In this document: positions 62,799-64,000 of the stretch, piece by piece
Layout: every line of letters starts with the position of its first letter
Position numbering within the stretch: position 1 is the stretch's first letter
Source of the DNA: Lytechinus pictus
Taxonomy: Eukaryota
Length of the DNA stretch: 64,000 nucleotides
Direction of reading: 5' to 3'
Assembly: GCF_037042905.1 (NCBI RefSeq)
Contig: NC_087256.1
Location: 25,606,001-25,670,000 of the forward strand
The notes under the pieces: model-generated
Database searches by the model: none
What the model was told of the DNA's origin: nothing
The model's input: the letters and a program-made list of their open reading frames with translations, nothing else
Position numbers and translations under genes: made by a program

Positions 62799-62964
62799 CT
62801 GAGAGAAAAAGGGAGGGAAGTAGAGTACAGGGAAAATGGAGAGGGAGAGAGATAGAGAAGGTGGCAAGAAAGAGAGAGCAGAAGACAGCATTAGGAGAGA
62901 GGGTGAAAGGGGTGGGGGTAGTGTATTATTTATTCATTTTCAACACGAAAGAGGATATGAAAAT

Positions 62965-63207
62965 CCATATTTTGTTCAAAATAGACATGAAATACTCCGA
63001 AAATTCGCTTTGCCCAATTGATCGTGGGCCAGGCAGCCGCTGTGCAACGCGAGATCGACGAGGCGCTATCCCTTTATTCGTTGAACGCCAATCAGGGTAG
63101 CAGCAACTCCCATCTTTTAATATATTTTGGTCTGACGTGGCCAGGGTTTGAACCCCCGACCTCCCGGTTGTGAGACGGACACTCTGCCAACTGAGCCAAC
63201 ACACCGG
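62965..63207 (-). mobile_element. tRNA-derived SINE, family A
   Basis: Highly similar to 36845-37108. Confidence 0.85.
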
Positions 63208-64000
63208 TCTTGAGTTTGAAAATATATCCTAAATAGTAATTGATTCAAATGGACTTCTCAATATATTTCCATATCACCAACCAAAATAGGTTAACATGAA
63301 ACTTTACATCATCAAATATGTTGGACAATTGCCTTGAATTAAAGGCTCAAAACCTTTAAGTACTAGCATATTCTACACCACATTGGTGGGATTGTTTTCA
63401 AGTCAATTTTAATCCCACTTTCAATTCAATTCAAAATGATTTGGCCAAGTCTATTTATTCTAAATTTATAAAGTTCAACTGATCAATGCAGTCCCAATAT
63501 ACTTGACTTTGATAGAAGTACCTGTACAATATGTTTCCTTTTTAAAGTACTTTAATACATGTTGAGGTAAAAGTTATCTATTAATACTTCATTCCATCAT
63601 AATTCTAATTGACATTTGATTCACATAAAAAAGCAGCATCAATAATGCATAAATTATAGAAAACAGAAGTTTACAAATAACAGAATACATATAACATAAT
63701 ACAATCAGTCCAGTTATAAGGGAAAAGCTTCATTTAAGTCAAAGAAATATGATGGGACCTAACTGAAAGCAAGTAATCTTAAAAGCAAGCTTGTAAAACT
63801 GCAGCCTGGCCCCTGTGAGACAAGTTGCGAGTAATTACTTGTGGAAGACGGATAAACACCAACCACATTTGGGACGAAATGCATTCCCTAAAGAATTACC
63901 AAACAATGTTTTTAAGCAGACAACCCCATCCCATGTCCACTGTCGCAAAAAGAAAATGGGTCCAATCTCAAGAAATGAGGATTGGCACTTTAATATTTGC

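Overview
AT-rich, intron-containing animal genomic DNA. The repeat families and gene structures suggest an echinoderm, probably a sea urchin (inference). Five housekeeping genes can be assembled exon by exon with consistent GT-AG sites and intron phases: NHLRC2 (+, 7 coding exons 16580-26051, first coding exon not found), FAM204A (+, 29948-34702), RNF103 (-, 46548-39998), TRUB1 (+, 53673-58581) and the last two exons of NHP2 (-, 62798-61901). The rest is a dense, often nested transposon landscape. It includes a very young non-autonomous LTR element (LTRs, PBS, PPT, ATAA TSD) inside a TIR element, a gag-only LTR relic with a repeat-rich ORF, a 1.9-kb solo LTR and a Helentron-type (HINE) element with satellite-like repeats. 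It also holds Kolobok-like, Harbinger-like and hAT-like MITEs, tRNA-derived SINEs, LINE tails, microsatellites and one assembly gap. No prokaryote-type system (CRISPR, operon) is present. The most notable oddities are the unusual coding remnants of the two non-autonomous LTR elements, inverted rather than direct CWG flanks at Harbinger-like insertions, and the tail-to-tail TRUB1-NHP2 pair within an apparently ancient linkage block.
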